From Lentisphaerae bacterium GWF2_50_93 (GTDB lineage: Bacteria > Verrucomicrobiota > Lentisphaeria > Victivallales > GWF2-50-93): DNA of 64,000 nucleotides. Made by a program: the position numbers and the translations under genes. A model generated the notes under the pieces. It ran no database searches and was not told where the DNA came from. It saw only the letters and a program-made list of their open reading frames with translations. This document shows positions 63,448-64,000 of the stretch, piece after piece. Within the stretch, counting starts at the first letter, position 1. Each line of letters starts with the position of its first letter. The stretch spans positions 1,670 through 65,669 of the forward strand of contig MHBI01000011.1 of NCBI GenBank assembly GCA_001804815.1. The letters run 5' to 3'.

Positions 63448-64000
63448 ATGAAAAAACTGATTCTGTTTTTTTCGATATCCTTGATTTTAAGCTGTTCCGG
63501 CGAGGAGCGGATCCTGCCTGATGCGTCCTGGGACAAGCTGCCAAGATGGAGGGGCTTCAACCTCCTGGAGAAATACCATCTCGAATGGTCGAACAAGCCG
63601 TTCAAGGAGGAGGATTTCAGGATGATCTCGGAGCTTGGCTTCAATTTCGCACGGCTGCCGATGGATTACAGGACATGGATCGTGGACGGAGACTGGAGGA
63701 AGCTCGATGAAAAGGCCCTGAAGGAAATTGATCAGGCTGTTGAATGGGGAGGGAAATACGGGATCCATGTATGCATCAACTTCCACCGCGCCCCAGGATA
63801 TTCCGTCGCGAAACCTTCAGAGAACATGAATCTCTGGAGCGATGACGAGGCGCTTGAGGCGTGCATTTTCCACTGGTCCACATTCGCGAAAAGATACAAG
63901 GGGATCCCCAGCAGCAGGCTCAGCTTCAATCTTTTCAACGAGCCGGGCGGAGTTTCGGACGAGGTTTATTTCAAGGTTTTCAAGACCGTATGCGAAGCGA
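63448..64000 (+). CDS. Glycoside hydrolase family 5 lipoprotein (3' end outside window)
   Basis: MKKLILFFSISLILSC lipobox. WRGFNLLEKY, GFNFARLPMDYR, IHVCINFHRAPGY and FNLFNEP (catalytic NEP) are present. The frame is open to the window end and is not in the supplied ORF track. Confidence 0.8.
   Translation, partial: MKKLILFFSISLILSCSGEERILPDASWDKLPRWRGFNLLEKYHLEWSNKPFKEEDFRMISELGFNFARLPMDYRTWIVDGDWRKLDEKALKEIDQAVEWGGKYGIHVCINFHRAPGYSVAKPSENMNLWSDDEALEACIFHWSTFAKRYKGIPSSRLSFNLFNEPGGVSDEVYFKVFKTVCEA

Overview
The window probably comes from a PVC-superphylum genome (Lentisphaerota/Kiritimatiellota/Verrucomicrobiota-like). This is an inference from a DUF1559 / H-X9-DG pseudopilin-like gene with [24 protein letters not shown] and from overall gene content. 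Layout: (1) The last 4 kb of a giant secreted repeat protein on the + strand, followed by a terminator. (2) A minus-strand Wzx/Wzy-type polysaccharide locus of about 36 kb (4.6-40.6 kb). It encodes a WecA-like initiating transferase with an unusual C-terminal fusion, wecB, a WbuB-like GT, a heparinase II/III-like protein and a bi-domain oxidoreductase. It also encodes an MBOAT plus three AlgX/AlgJ-like proteins, five methyltransferases, six further GTs, a hexapeptide acetyltransferase, and Wzy-, Wzx-, Wzz- and Wza-like proteins. (3) Small accessory units are interleaved with the export genes: a wHTH remnant, a decayed PIN/UPF0175 pair, HepT-MntA and an AAA+/DUF4143 ATPase. (4) An O-antigen-ligase-family gene, a lipoprotein and a complete type II secretion-like operon lie on the + strand (46-58.6 kb). 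The operon has pilMNOPQ-like order at its front end and gspE-K behind. (5) An AraC regulator, a DUF1559 pseudopilin-like protein, a CE4-like secreted protein and a partial GH5 follow. No rRNA, tRNA or CRISPR was seen. The most unusual signal is non-coding: nearly every intergenic spacer is a mosaic of recurrent, strand-specific modules. These include an imperfect palindrome of about 135-155 bp with phased CACTAA/TTAGTG boxes (9 copies, fixed polarity, bracketing single-gene cassettes). There are also degenerate 7-8 nt word tracts that are G-rich on the sense strand (G-quadruplex motifs), a conserved hairpin whose orientation follows transcription, a 365-bp direct duplication flanking the ATPase, and two inverted-repeat-bounded structured inserts. 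I do not recognise these as a named repeat family.
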